Program-made: the position numbers and the translations under genes
Notes under the pieces: generated by a model
What the model saw: the letters and a program-made list of their open reading frames with translations, nothing else
The model's database searches: none
What the model was told of the DNA's origin: nothing
Shown: positions 25,109-36,605 of the stretch, in pieces
Layout: each line of letters starts with the position of its first letter
Position numbering within the stretch: position 1 is the stretch's first letter
Assembly (NCBI GenBank): GCA_964016885.1
Contig: OZ024741.1
Location: 22,072,001-22,136,000 of the forward strand
Source of the DNA: Eledone cirrhosa
Taxonomy: Eukaryota
Length of the DNA: 64,000 nt
Reading direction: 5' to 3'

Positions 25109-25528
25109 TAAACAAATAATGAATAAAACAATGAAACAGTTCCTTATATTAAACAAAAAAAGTTCATTATTTAACGATCGTTTCTAGGATATATATGTGT
25201 TAGAATTGGCATGCATATTCAACAGATCTATGTACAAAATTATACAAAATTATACAAACTATCAAGATTAAATATACATACCAACACATATATACGCCGT
25301 CTTCAGAAATAATGATTATTTCTGAAGACGGCGTATATATGTGTTGGTATGTATATTTAATCCTGATAGTTTGTATAATTTTGTATAATTTTGTACATAG
25401 ATCTGTTGAATATGCATGCCAATTCTAACACATATATATCCTAGAAACGATCGTTAAATAATGAACTTTTTTTGTTTAATATAAGGAACTGTTTCATTGT
25501 TTTATTCATTATTTGTTTAATATTTTAT
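25100..25528. repeat. Near-perfect 430-bp palindrome carrying two divergent HHRs
   Basis: Centre at ~25314 with essentially no spacer, and only one internal mismatch seen (aag/cct). Confidence 0.95.
25315..25462 (+). ncRNA. Type I HHR with ~115-nt stem II (mirror copy 25165-25314, minus)
   Basis: attattt-CTGAAGA-[tatatatgtgttgg...ctaacacatatata]-GAAA-cgatcg-TT-aaataat. Confidence 0.72.
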
Positions 25529-25662
25529 CTTGACTCTGTATACCGTTTATCTTTCACCGAAAGTGATTTTCCATTACATCTCTTCTTTCCATGATATCCG
25601 GAATACATTGAGTTCTTCATACGGATTGGACACTACCGTAAACTCTTGGTAGATTTATCTAC

Positions 25663-25711
<49 letters not shown>

Positions 25712-25812
25712 TTTATGTATTTGCTTTACAAAATTCTTGATGTGAAATCGTGTGTTGAAACAGATATTGCTATACTTTTATTGGTAGCATGACCCTGCTA
25801 ATCTATAAACAA

Positions 25813-25843
<31 letters not shown>

Positions 25844-26576
25844 ATATATATATATGTGTGTGTGTGTGTGTGAGTGTGTATGTATGTATGTTTGTATGTG
25901 TATGTATGTGCGTGTTTATGTGTGTGTATGTATATGTGTGAGTCTGTGTTTGTGTGTTTATGTGCATGTGTGTATGTTTGTGTGTGTTTATGTGTTTATC
26001 TATGTGTGTGTATGTATGTGTGTATGTATGCTTGTGTGTGTGTCTGTGTGTGTATGTATGTGTGTATATATGCTTGTGTGTGTGTTTATGTGTATGTATG
26101 TATGCGTATGTGTGTATGTGTGTGTGTATGTATGCGTATGTGTGTGTATGTGTATGTATGTGTATGTATGTGTGTATGTGTGTATGTATGTACCCATTAG
26201 ATGTTCTTTTTTGTTGTGTATTCCTCAATCATTCCGCCGAACACTTAGACAAATCACCGACAATAACAGAGAGAACTTCTAGAACAGGTCTTCCTATATA
26301 TACGTCTCTCTGTTCTGGTATTTTGGTGCTTTGGTATTCTAAGATCTTGTGATGATAAAAATGGCAAGTTGGTATTTTGATAAAAGCAACAAACAAACAA
26401 CTAGAAAGCAAGAAACCACCTCTCTACGTACTACATTCTCCTACTAGTACATACTGTTTAGCTAGGGAAACTAAGCGTCCGTAGACAGTGCGTAAACAGT
26501 GATTGATGTGTGGGAGTGGGGGGACGGGACGTGGCTTGTTTGGGGGCTAAGCTGGGGTGCCTGCATGGGTGTGACA

Positions 26577-26612
<36 letters not shown>

Positions 26613-26757
26613 AAAAAATGAAACGAAATTTCATTTCTCACTCTTAGTACGGCTGTAACTTAAATATAAGTATGTATACGTACATACGTATATGTATACA
26701 GACGTACAGTAGTATATATATATATACATACATGCACACATATATATATATATATAT

Positions 26758-26874
26758 ATATGGATATACCGAACATTTATTATAATGCTCGGTTTGTTTG
26801 TAAACAAACATCCCGTATTAAGCCGTACAGTGTTTAGCAACCATCGTTGCCCTTTTGTCCAGAAATAGCCGTCG

Positions 26875-26952
<78 letters not shown>

Positions 26953-27215
26953 GTGAGGTTTTTTTTACAAAATGAAAAATAACCGAGGTGTCCTACACGA
27001 GTGGAAGTATAAAGAAAAAGAGATGAAATCGAAAATGCAACTGAAGTCTTATTTTTTTTTTAAATATATATATTTATTTGGTTCCTTTACCGGTTTCGCA
27101 GTTCTTCTGCTTTTCAAAAGGTGAGTTGAGATGGAGGGTCTGTGGTTTTTCTCACAGAATGTATATATATATGTATATATATATGTATATATATATGTAT
27201 ATATATATGTATATA

Positions 27216-27276
<61 letters not shown>

Positions 27277-27637
27277 GTATTGATTCACCGAACATTTATT
27301 ATAATGCTCGGTGTGTTTGTAAACAAACATCCCGTATTAAGCCGTAGTGTCTAGCAACCATCGTTGCTCGTTTGTTCAACACTGACAAAGGAACGCTGTA
27401 CTAGTTTCAAGCTTATTAGCTGTTCGGTGAATCCATACGTACATATATATATGTGTGCATGTATGTATATACATCTACATACTACTGTACGTCTGTATAC
27501 ACACACGCATATATATATATATATGGATATACCGAACATTTATTATAATGCTCGGTTTGTTTGTAAACAAACATCCCGTATTAAGCCGTACAGTGTTTAG
27601 CAACCATCGTTGCCCTTTTGTCCAGAAATAGCCGTCG

Positions 27638-27695
<58 letters not shown>

Positions 27696-27760
27696 GTGAG
27701 GTTTTTTTTACAAAATGAAAAATAACCGAGGTGTCCTACACGAGTGGAAGTATAAAGAAA
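26758..27760. repeat. Local direct duplication (26758-27018 vs 27521-27760) plus a third partial copy at 27288-27368
   Basis: Identical unique sequence on both sides of a (TA)n tract whose length differs between copies. Confidence 0.85.
27084..27121 (-). ncRNA. Minimal HHR, U3:A8 variant (copy 2, intact)
   Basis: Minus strand: cctt-TTGAAAA-gcag-aagaa-ctgc-GAAA-ccgg-TA-aagg. Confidence 0.78.
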
Positions 27761-27891
27761 CATCGAGTGGTCATCCGGGTGAAACTGCAGTAACTCCTAG
27801 TTACACCCCCTGGGTATATATATATATATATATACCCAGGGGGTGTAACTAGGAGTTACTGCAGTTTCACCCGGATGACCACTCGATGTTT
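27758..27891. repeat. Perfect palindrome centred on (TA)n
   Basis: aaacatcgagtgg...cctggg-(ta)n-cccagg...ccactcgatgttt. Confidence 0.92.
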
Positions 27892-28055
27892 AGGTTCACT
27901 TCTGTGATGAGGTGTAGAGCTATACAGAGTGTAATATATTGAAAGGATAACAAGGTCCTTGTTATCCTTTCAATATATATATATATATATATACATATAG
28001 GCTTCTACAGGACTAGAACTGTTTCATTCCGGAGAAATCATCAGAAAATCATTAG

Positions 28056-28106
28056 GGCTTCCTGATGATTTCTCCGGAATGAAACAGTTCTAGTCCTGTA
28101 GAAGCC
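28056..28106 (+). ncRNA. Type I HHR with a closed stem III
   Basis: ggcttc-CTGATGA-tttctccggaat-GAAA-cag-ttctagtc-ctg-TA-gaagcc. Partial inverted copy at 27999-28044 and a truncated family member at 24942-25066 (minus). Confidence 0.8.
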
Positions 28107-28332
28107 TTTCTATATTAAATATTTATACTCTGCTTTGTATTGAGTACCTTACTTACTGTGGTTACCCCCGATTGAACCCGGGATAAACTTATATATATAT
28201 GTGTGTGTGTGTGTGTGTAAAGAAAGAACGTATGTTTAGGAAACTGTGAGCAGAATTTGAAAATTAAATTAGATCTCGTTGTAACTTTTGTAAAAATTGC
28301 TGGCCTTGTACCAAAAGTAGAAACAATTATAT

Positions 28333-28582
28333 ATACCGGGGTGCTGGAAAGTTTTTGGTTTTGGGTAAAAGAAAATACAGAAGGATCAGTTAATTATGGT
28401 TTTATTCAACATATTCCCCTCTCAGATTCACACACTTATTGTAGCGGTCCTACCTCCCCTGTAAAGGTAACAGCTTAACCCTTTCGTGACAGTTATTGTA
28501 GCGGTCCTACCTCCCCCGAAAAAGAAACAGCTCTACCCTTTCACGATACCCTTCAAACCAGGAACTTTTAAGCAACCCGGTA
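28333..28582. mobile_element. Mariner-type MITE
   Basis: TA-CCGGGGTGCTGGAAAGTTTTTGGTTT ... AAACCAGGAACTTTTAAGCAACCCGG-TA. Confidence 0.7.
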
Positions 28583-28640
28583 ACTTATTCTTGCCTCTAT
28601 GCTGAGTGAGTAAGCTTCACTATTTATGGATAAAACTTAC

Positions 28641-28739
28641 ATCGAGGCGACCTGTGCTGGGTCCTTCTGACGATATTCAGGTGCCTGAGCAGCCTCATTT
28701 GAGGATGGCGTTGCTCATTCACATGGAAACCGAAGGAAC
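28641..28739 (-). other. Candidate 99-bp host exon
   Basis: Acceptor ttgttttgtgttcccttttctAG and donor GTAAGT. One open frame: (G)SFGFHVNEQRHPQMRLLRHLNIVRRTQHRSPR. Confidence 0.4.
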
Positions 28740-29981
28740 CTAGAAAAGGGAACACAAAACAATTGTCTGTTATCTTCTGTCTGGTCAGTTTGGCGTGACT
28801 GAAAAACGTCCACTGTGTCTTTTGTAAAACAAGAGAAAATTAAAAACATTTGGTTGAAACAAAGATATTTTTGTGTTGTTGTAATATGCAGACACCTCTG
28901 TATAGCAGAGAGTGAATGTTGGCCTGAAAGATGCACTTCACTTCCAGGTCTTGAATACCCCCCCCCCCCATTATTAATTTTCTAAAAGCCCCCCCCCCCC
29001 CCCCACACACACACACACCGCGCGCTCTGATACCACCCCCACCTATGCTTATTGAATTTTGCTAACCTAACTCCGGCGAAATTGCATTCCTGCACCAATT
29101 AATTTTCTTTATACATTAAAAAACATTATACATGACAAAAAAGTACATTACTAGAAATCCCATATGTTATAAAATAAATAGGATGGATTGGGGTCTCAAT
29201 ATGCAAACTAAACAACTGATTCTGGTTTTAAAAAATTCAACGGAGACAACCTACGAAAAATTACCGATTTTCCACCCCTCCTCCCATTATTTGGGACCCG
29301 AAAGTATTGGACGTGTGTGTAGACATATTATTAATAGCTTCTCTCTTAGAGAATCGACTGGAAGGTGGTGGTCAGCTTGAGGGGGTTGTTACACCTTTTT
29401 TAGAAGGGTAAATCGAAAGAAGCAGGCAAGGGGGCTGTGGATGGATTTGTAGTCCACTCTGAAAGATTTAAGAAGCTTGAAAAACTCCAGATCAGATGAC
29501 TCAGTGTCTGCAATTGAAAGTCAAGTGATTTCCTAGTCTAAGTGCCTCTGCTCTCTCTCTGACCAATCCTGTTGAAAACAATACTGCATTTCTATATCTA
29601 GCTGAGGAAAATCCCCAAGTTAAACAAGGTCAACTTACTGAGGGACGTCAGTGCCAGGCTTGGAACAATTTGGTTAATGCCGAACTCTCTTGGTCGTTTC
29701 TGTGTAGGAAATATGAACAGCAGTGTTCTTAGAACTTTGAGAAGAATTTCGTCTTTATAATTGCTAGCCTTCTCTTTACGCACTAAGATAATCTCACAAC
29801 GACATGGACACCTTCGAGGTGTAAGGCTTGGCTTTAACTGGAATATATAATTACTGGATATCTGTAATGTGAAGTATTTTCATAGTTCGAGTATTTTGGT
29901 TTATACGCCTCAGGCTAACAAATAGATAACTTAATGGCAGACGATAACTTCAGAATCGGCCAACTGATGGTATTTTATAAC

Positions 29982-30166
29982 AATTGGCAGTATTGGTAGA
30001 GGGTCGGACGCCATGCTTTGCAGCATAGAGTTACGGCCTTTTATGGTTTGAGTTCAAATCACACCGAGGTTAACTTTGCCTTTCATCTTTACGGTGTCGA
30101 TAAAATAAATTACCAGTTATGCACTGGGATAATTGCTGGCCTTGTGCCAAAAGTAGAAACAATTAT
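29982..30166 (+). mobile_element. SINE family A
   Basis: Matches the family A consensus. Confidence 0.88.
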
Positions 30167-30288
30167 ATTTAGAAAATAAAAAAAGTTCAGAGTTTAGTGC
30201 GAACAAATTTCGGATGGTAATTTGTATGAGAGAAAGAAGCGAACCAGTTAGGATTCGTCGAGGGTTGAATGTTCACAAGATATGAGAT

Positions 30289-31411
30289 CCTGTTCTAAGG
30301 AAGGTCAGAATCGTTCAGCCAGCCTCGAATATATGACAACAGGGGAAGATGTTCTGAGGAAGGTCAGAATCGTTCAGCCAACCTCGAATATATGACAACA
30401 GGGGAAGATGTTCTGAGGAAGGTCAGAATCGTTCAGCCAGCCTCGAATATATGACAACAGGGGAAGATGTTCTAAGGAAGGTCAGAATCGTTCAGCCAGC
30501 CTCGAATATATGACAACATGGGAAGATGTTCTGAGGAAGGTCAGAATCGTTCAGCCAGCCTCGAATATATAACAACAGGGGGAGATGTTCTAAGGAAGGT
30601 CAGAATCGTTCAGCCAGCCTCGAATATATAACAACAGGGGGAGATGTTCTAAGGAAGGTCAGAATCGTTCAGCCAGCCTCGAATATATAACAACATGGGA
30701 AAATGTTCTGAGGAAGGTCAGAATCGTTCAGCCAGCCTCGAATATATAACAACAGGGGAAGATGTTCTGAGGAAGGTCAGAATCGTTCAGCCAGCCTCGA
30801 ATATATAACAACAGGGGGAGATGTTCTAAGGAAGGTCAGAATCGTTCAGCCAGCCTCGAATATATGACAAGATGGGAAGATGTTCTGAGGAAGGTCAGAA
30901 TCATTCAGCCAGCCTCGAATATATGACAACAGGGGAAGATGTTCTGAGGAAGGTCAGAATCGTTCAGCCAGCCTCGAATATATGACAACAGGGGGAGATG
31001 TTCTAAGGAAGGTCAGAATCGTTCAGCCAGCCTCGAATATATGACAACAGGGGAAGATGTTCCGAGGAAGGTCAGAATCGTTCAGCCAGCCTCGAATATA
31101 TGATAACAGGGGAAGATGTTCTGAGGAAGGTCAGAATCGTTCAGCCAGCCTCGAATATATGACAACAGGGGGAGATGTTCTAAGGAAGGTCAGAATCGTT
31201 CAGCCAGCCTCGAATATATGACAACAGGGGGAGATGTTCTAAGGAAGGTCAGAATCGTTCAGCCAGCCTCGAATATATGACAACAGGGGGAGATGTTCTA
31301 AGGAAGGTCAGAATCGTTCAGCCAGCCTCGAATATATGACAACATGGGAAGATGTTCTGAGCAAGGTCAGAATCGTTCAGCCAGCCTCGAATATATGACA
31401 ACAGGGGAAGA
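30289..31411 (+). repeat. 59-bp satellite, 19 copies, unit hammerhead-like
   Basis: Unit gttctgaggaaggtcagaatcgttcagccagcctcgaatatatgacaacaggggaagat. Confidence 0.97.
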
Positions 31412-31529
31412 ATTGGAAGAAAATATTTCCCAATACGCTTCAAGTTTGGGAGATGTTACAGAGAACCAGGGACCAGTTCCATGAAAATTGTGGTAGGATA
31501 TGATTTGAGGGATATTTGTCGGCTGGAGG

Positions 31530-31930
31530 AGGTGATGGAGACAACGATGATGATTATAATGATAGTGATGGTGATGATAACGATGATGATTATAATGATA
31601 GTGATGGTGATGATAACGATGATGATGATGAGGAGGATGGTGGTGATGATGATGATGATGATGATTATGATGATGGTGATGGTGATAATGATGGTGGTAG
31701 TGGTGAGGTGGTGATGGTGATGGTGGTGGTGGTGGTGGTGATAATAGTGATACTGATGGCGGTAGTGGTGGTAGTGGTGGTGATGATAGTGGTGGTGGTG
31801 GTAGTGGTAGTGGTGGTGCTGGTGGTGATAATAGTGATAATGATGGTGGTAGTGGTGGTGGTGGTGTTGTTGTTGTTGGTGGTAGATGTAAGGAAGAGGA
31901 AGAAAAGAAGGAGGAGGAGGAGGAGGTGGC
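31530..31930. repeat. Compound trinucleotide microsatellite (GAT/GGT/GGA)
   Basis: Direct inspection. Confidence 0.92.
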
Positions 31931-32169
31931 AGAGAAGGGTGGTGAGGGGATTAGATAAAATGATTGATGTACCATTTCGTAATTTAGACGCGGAATTTGC
32001 GTCTTTCTCTAATCATTAGTAAAAGAAGTAGGTTGTCGGAAGCAGCAGTTAGCTGCCCCTGTTTTAGAAGATAGCTCTAGAAACTACACACCAGCTATAT
32101 TTGTGAGTGTATATGTGGAATATGTATGTAGGCGTGTGTATATATCTATGTGTGTACTTGTATATATAT

Positions 32170-33814
32170 GTGAGTGTGTGTGTGTACTTCTATATATATC
32201 TGTGTGTGTACTTCTATATATCTGTGTGTGTACTTCTATATATCTGTGTGTGTGTGTACTTCTATATATGTGTGTGTGTACTTCTATATATCTGTGTGTG
32301 TGTGCACTTCTATATATCTGTGTGTGTGTGTACTTCTATATATCTGTGTGTGTACTTCTATATATCTGTGTGTGTGTGTACTTCTATATATCTGTGTGTG
32401 TACTTCTATATATCTGTGTGTACTTGTATATATCTGTGTGTGTGTGTACTTCTATATATCTGTGTGTGTGTGTACTTCTATATATGTGTGTGTGTGTGTG
32501 TGTACTTCTATATATGTGTGTGTACTTCTATATATCTGTGTGCGTGTGTACTTCTATATATTTGTGTGCGTGTGTACTTCTATATATGTGTGTGTGTGTA
32601 CTTCTATATATCTGTGTGTGTGTGTACTTCTATATATCTGTGTGTGTGTGTACTTCTATATATGTGTGTGTGTACTTCTATATATGTGTGTGTACTTCTA
32701 TATATCTGTGTGCGTGCGTACTTCTATATATTTGTGTGCGTGTGTACTTCTATATATGTGTGTGTGTGTGTACTTCTATATATCTGTGTGTGTGTGTACT
32801 TCTATATATGTATGTGTACTTCTATATATCTGTGTGCGTGTGTACTTCTATATATCTGTGTGTGTGTACTTCTATATATCTGTGTGTGTGTGTACTTCTA
32901 TATATCTGTGTGTGTGTGTGTGTACTTCTATATATCTGTGTGCATGTGTACTTCTATATATCTGTGTGTGTGTGTACTTCTATATATATGTGTGTGTGTG
33001 TACTTCTATATATCTGCGTGTGTGTGTACTTCTATATATCTGTGTGTGTGTGTGTGTACTTCTATATATCTGTGTGTGTGTGTACTTCTATATATCTGTG
33101 TGTGTGTGTACTTCTATATATCTGTGTGTGTGTGTGTACTTCTATATATCTGTGTGCATGTGTACTTCTATATATCTGCGTGTGTGTGTACTTCTATATA
33201 TCTGTGTGCGTGTGTACTTCTATATATCTCTGTGTGTGTGTGTACTTCTATATATTTGTGTGTGTGTGTGTGTACTTCTTTATATCTGCGTGCGTGTGTA
33301 CTTCTATATATCTGTGTGTGCGTGTGTACTTCTATATATCTGTGTGTGTGTGTGTACTTCTATATATTTGTGTGTGTGTGTACTTCTTTATATCTGCGTG
33401 CGTGTGTACTTCTATATATCTGTGTGCATGTGTACTTCTATATATCTGTGTGTGTGTGTACTTCTTTATATCTGCGTGTGTGTGTACTTCTATATATCTG
33501 TGTGTGTGTGTGTACTTCTTTATATCTGCGTGCGTGTGTACTTCTATATATCTGTGTGTGCGTGTGTACTTCTATATATCTGTGTGTGTGTACTTCTATA
33601 TATCTGTGTGTGTGTGTACTTCTATATATCTGTGTGTGTGTGTACTTCTATATATCTGCGTGTGTGTGTACTTCTATATGTCTGTATGTGTACTTCTATA
33701 TGTCTGTATGTGTACTTCTATATATCTGTGTGTGTGTGTACTTCTATATATCTGTGTGTGTGTGTACTTCTATATATCTGTGTGTGTGTGTACTTCTATA
33801 TATCTGTGTGTACT
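32170..33814. repeat. Variable ~22-32-bp minisatellite tacttctatatatc(tg)n
   Basis: About 60 copies. It explains the three ~600-aa ORFs. Confidence 0.95.
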
Positions 33815-34395
33815 CAGGTCTTCAATTATCGTCTTCCTCCCGCTTATTAATTTTTCAGGTTTTTCCCCACCTCCGCTCTTATTCCCCCGCCCTCTTATTA
33901 GCTTTTCAGACCCCCCCCCCTTATTAAATTTTCTAATCTAATCCCGACGAAATTTTATTGATTTATATGGATACAGCAGAGCTGGAGAATCTAATAATTA
34001 TTTTATTTTACATTAAAAACCTCCATTATATATTACAAGGGCGGTGGGTTGGCAGTATCGGTAGAGGGTCTGACGCCATGCTTTGCAGCAAAGAGTTACG
34101 GCCCTTTATGGTCTGAGTTCAAATCCCGCCGAGGTTAACTTTGCCTTTCATCCTTACGGGGTCGATAAAATAAAGTACCAGTAATGTACTGGGTAACTGC
34201 TGGTCTTGTGCCAAAAGTAGAAACAATTATATATGACAAAAACAAAACATTACAAGAAATCCCATATTTACGAACGTACACTATACAATTACCCCCCCCC
34301 CCCCCCTGTTTATCCCCCTTCCCCGCTTATAAGCATTTAAGAAAATGTCCGTCCACCCTCTGCTTACCCCCCCTATTATTAGGGACCCGAGAGTA
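33811..34395. mobile_element. DNA-transposon MITE interrupted by a SINE; related copy at ~28940-29307
   Basis: Ends TACTCAGGTC.. and ..GGGACCCGAGAGTA. Internal segments are shared with 28940-29307. Confidence 0.55.
34040..34230 (+). mobile_element. SINE family A with apparent TSD
   Basis: Full length, flanked by attatatattacaa / attatatatgacaa. Confidence 0.9.
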
Positions 34396-34807
34396 TGTGT
34401 ATGTATAGGTGTGCGTGTTTGTGTGTGTGCACACTTGTCTATGGATGCAAGCGTGGCTAAGTTGTTAAAAATTTCGTTCCGTAATGTAATTATGAAGACC
34501 TAATATTGATCTCACAACATAGTGGCATCATGGTGGTATGTTGAACAAGTATATTTAACCAAAGTCTCGGAACGGAGTAGACATTGTGGCTAGCTGAAAC
34601 GTTAGTTGTTATTGTTGGTGGTTGTAGTGGTAGTGGTGGTGGTGGTAATGATGATGATGATGATTGTATTTTGTTACTACTGCTCCAAAGGTTCACAAAC
34701 AATTCTGTGAGAATTCCACACAGGCAATTCCACTAAAAGATCAGTGCGGGATGACAACATATGGCATATGTATTTGATATATACATTTATTTGAATGAGG
34801 TTAACAA

Positions 34808-35052
34808 GGTGGTGAATTGGCAAAGGGATTTGTGGTAATTATTCCGGCTCTCTGCTCTCTGAGTTCAAATCCCTCCGAGGTCACTTTTTGCCTTTTCATC
34901 CTGTCGAGGTCGATAAAAAATACCCGTCTAGTATTGGGGTCGATTCTTCTTCTATATCTCTTTCTCACTTCCTCTCTCTAACTTTCTATCATTCTCTGGA
35001 AGAAATCTGCTGCCAGGAGAGAAATGGTCTCCACCAGGCCTAAAATGCCCAA
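34808..35052 (+). mobile_element. SINE family B
   Basis: GGTGGTGAATTGGC, GAGTTCAAATCC, TCTGGAAGAAATCTGCTG. Confidence 0.78.
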
Positions 35053-35069
35053 GAATCGCCCATACAACT

Positions 35070-35475
35070 CCATTAAGGGTAATGAGACCATTGCAACCTT
35101 GTAATGGAATGGACGTCCATAGAGAGCCTTGTACTCTCAGTTGTTTAACGCCGAGAAAACCTTGATATGTACCGACCCGATCAGCCTCCGGACTTAGGAC
35201 AAACAGAAGACTTAAATATGAGTAAAAATTCCGGGATAACTCTGTCCAAGTATCGGCCGCTCTCGGATAGGTTTGTGGTAGAGCCTGTAGTAGTGGAGAC
35301 TTCCGGCGTTCTAGCCCCTCCCCCCGAACTACATCCCTACTCACTGCTATCGGAGCTGAGTTGGCCACCCGCAGGTGCGAGCGCCACGAGGTGGGATGGC
35401 TGCTTCAGTGTGTCTCTTTCTCTGCAGCCCTCCAAGGTAATGCATTCCCCACCCTGTCGGCCGGGACTAAGTTAG
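35070..35475 (+). mobile_element. CRE-like non-LTR element, decayed RLE C-terminus
   Basis: SKYRPLSDRFVVEPVVVETSGVLAP ... WLLQCVS ... LQGNA. Confidence 0.65.
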
Positions 35476-36313
35476 TTTGTGTTGGAGGATACTCGTTCGG
35501 ACGTCACTTCCACACATGCATTAAATTACACTTATAAAAGGTATTTTCGCTGTAAGAGCTGCTGTAGAAGAAACTATATATCTAAGTTTTGAAAAACCTT
35601 TTCTGGGTTTTCTTTTAAATATTATCAACCGAAAATTTCCTAAACTCAAGATACAAAAGTCTCAGTTGTTCAGCATTTGTCTAATTTACGTAAATTAATA
35701 ACCGCGTATTTTCCGCTAAAATGTCATTTACCATAGCCTCGAGTCTTGTGAATAAAATTTGGTAGACAAACTATTTGGAATCCTGACATATCTGTGATTT
35801 AAAGAGCCAGTGTTGTCACACATCCTATGTCACGATGAATCTATTTGCGAAATTACATTAACCCTTTAGTTACCAACCCGACCAATACCAGCTCTGGTCC
35901 TATGAAATAAAACCACCTATTTTAACCCTTTAGTTCCAACCAGCCCAAAACCGACTCTGGTTCTATGAAATAAAATCACCCATTTTAAAGGTTTCCTATT
36001 TAAATTAAAATCTTCCAATATATAAGAGCCTTACACTAAGTTACTATCTTAGTAATGAAATAATTAATAATTTTAGTAAATCCCTCAAAATTCTTCATTA
36101 ATTAATTAAAATAGAGTGTATTTCATTAGAAATGTGGTCATGAAAGGGTTATTGGTACAATGTTCTGCCATTTAGATATTAGTACCATAAACAGACTGAT
36201 TTGTTGATCGAACAACTAGGACACTCATCGTCGAAACCGACGGAGGTACATTCCAGCTTATGTGATACTATCAAGATACGTAGAAGATCTCTTGGACTTA
36301 AGAGCTGAGAATA

Positions 36314-36525
36314 TAAAGTTAATATAAAGAATGGTGTGTTCATGCGCAGAGATGCTATAAAATATTTTATAAAAATGGGTGAAAACCCTTAAAATTCAGA
36401 AAAGGAAGTTGCCATCGGCTGCTATGAGGAATCGAACCCCACAACCCCAGTTATCTAGCTGGTATTTTATAAGATATTTTATAGCATGTCTGCGCATGAG
36501 CACATCATTCTTTATATTAACTTTA
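36314..36525. repeat. Inverted repeat (~60-bp arms) around a tRNA-like B box
   Basis: Arms taaagttaatataaagaatgg...ttttataaaa. On the minus strand the loop contains GGGGTTCGATTCCTC. Confidence 0.8.
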
Positions 36526-36605
36526 ATTGATACTGTATTTTATCGACTTCCGGAAAAATGAAAAGCAAAGCTGAGCCCAGCAGAGTTGAACTTAGAACGT
36601 AAAAA

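Noticed and set aside
29760-30288. Decayed PLE GIY-YIG upstream of the 59-bp satellite
   Set aside because: Only faint hints (PSRCKA, ..RGLN). Too degenerate to call without an HMM search.
30289-31411. CRISPR-like array (also 7757-9688, 36606-37600)
   Set aside because: Units are contiguous with no unique spacers, there are no cas genes, and the context is eukaryotic.
31367-32019. His/Pro-rich and Asp-rich ORFs
   Set aside because: Trinucleotide microsatellite.
32103-33941. Three ~600-aa ORFs
   Set aside because: Stop-free reading of a TG/TA minisatellite.
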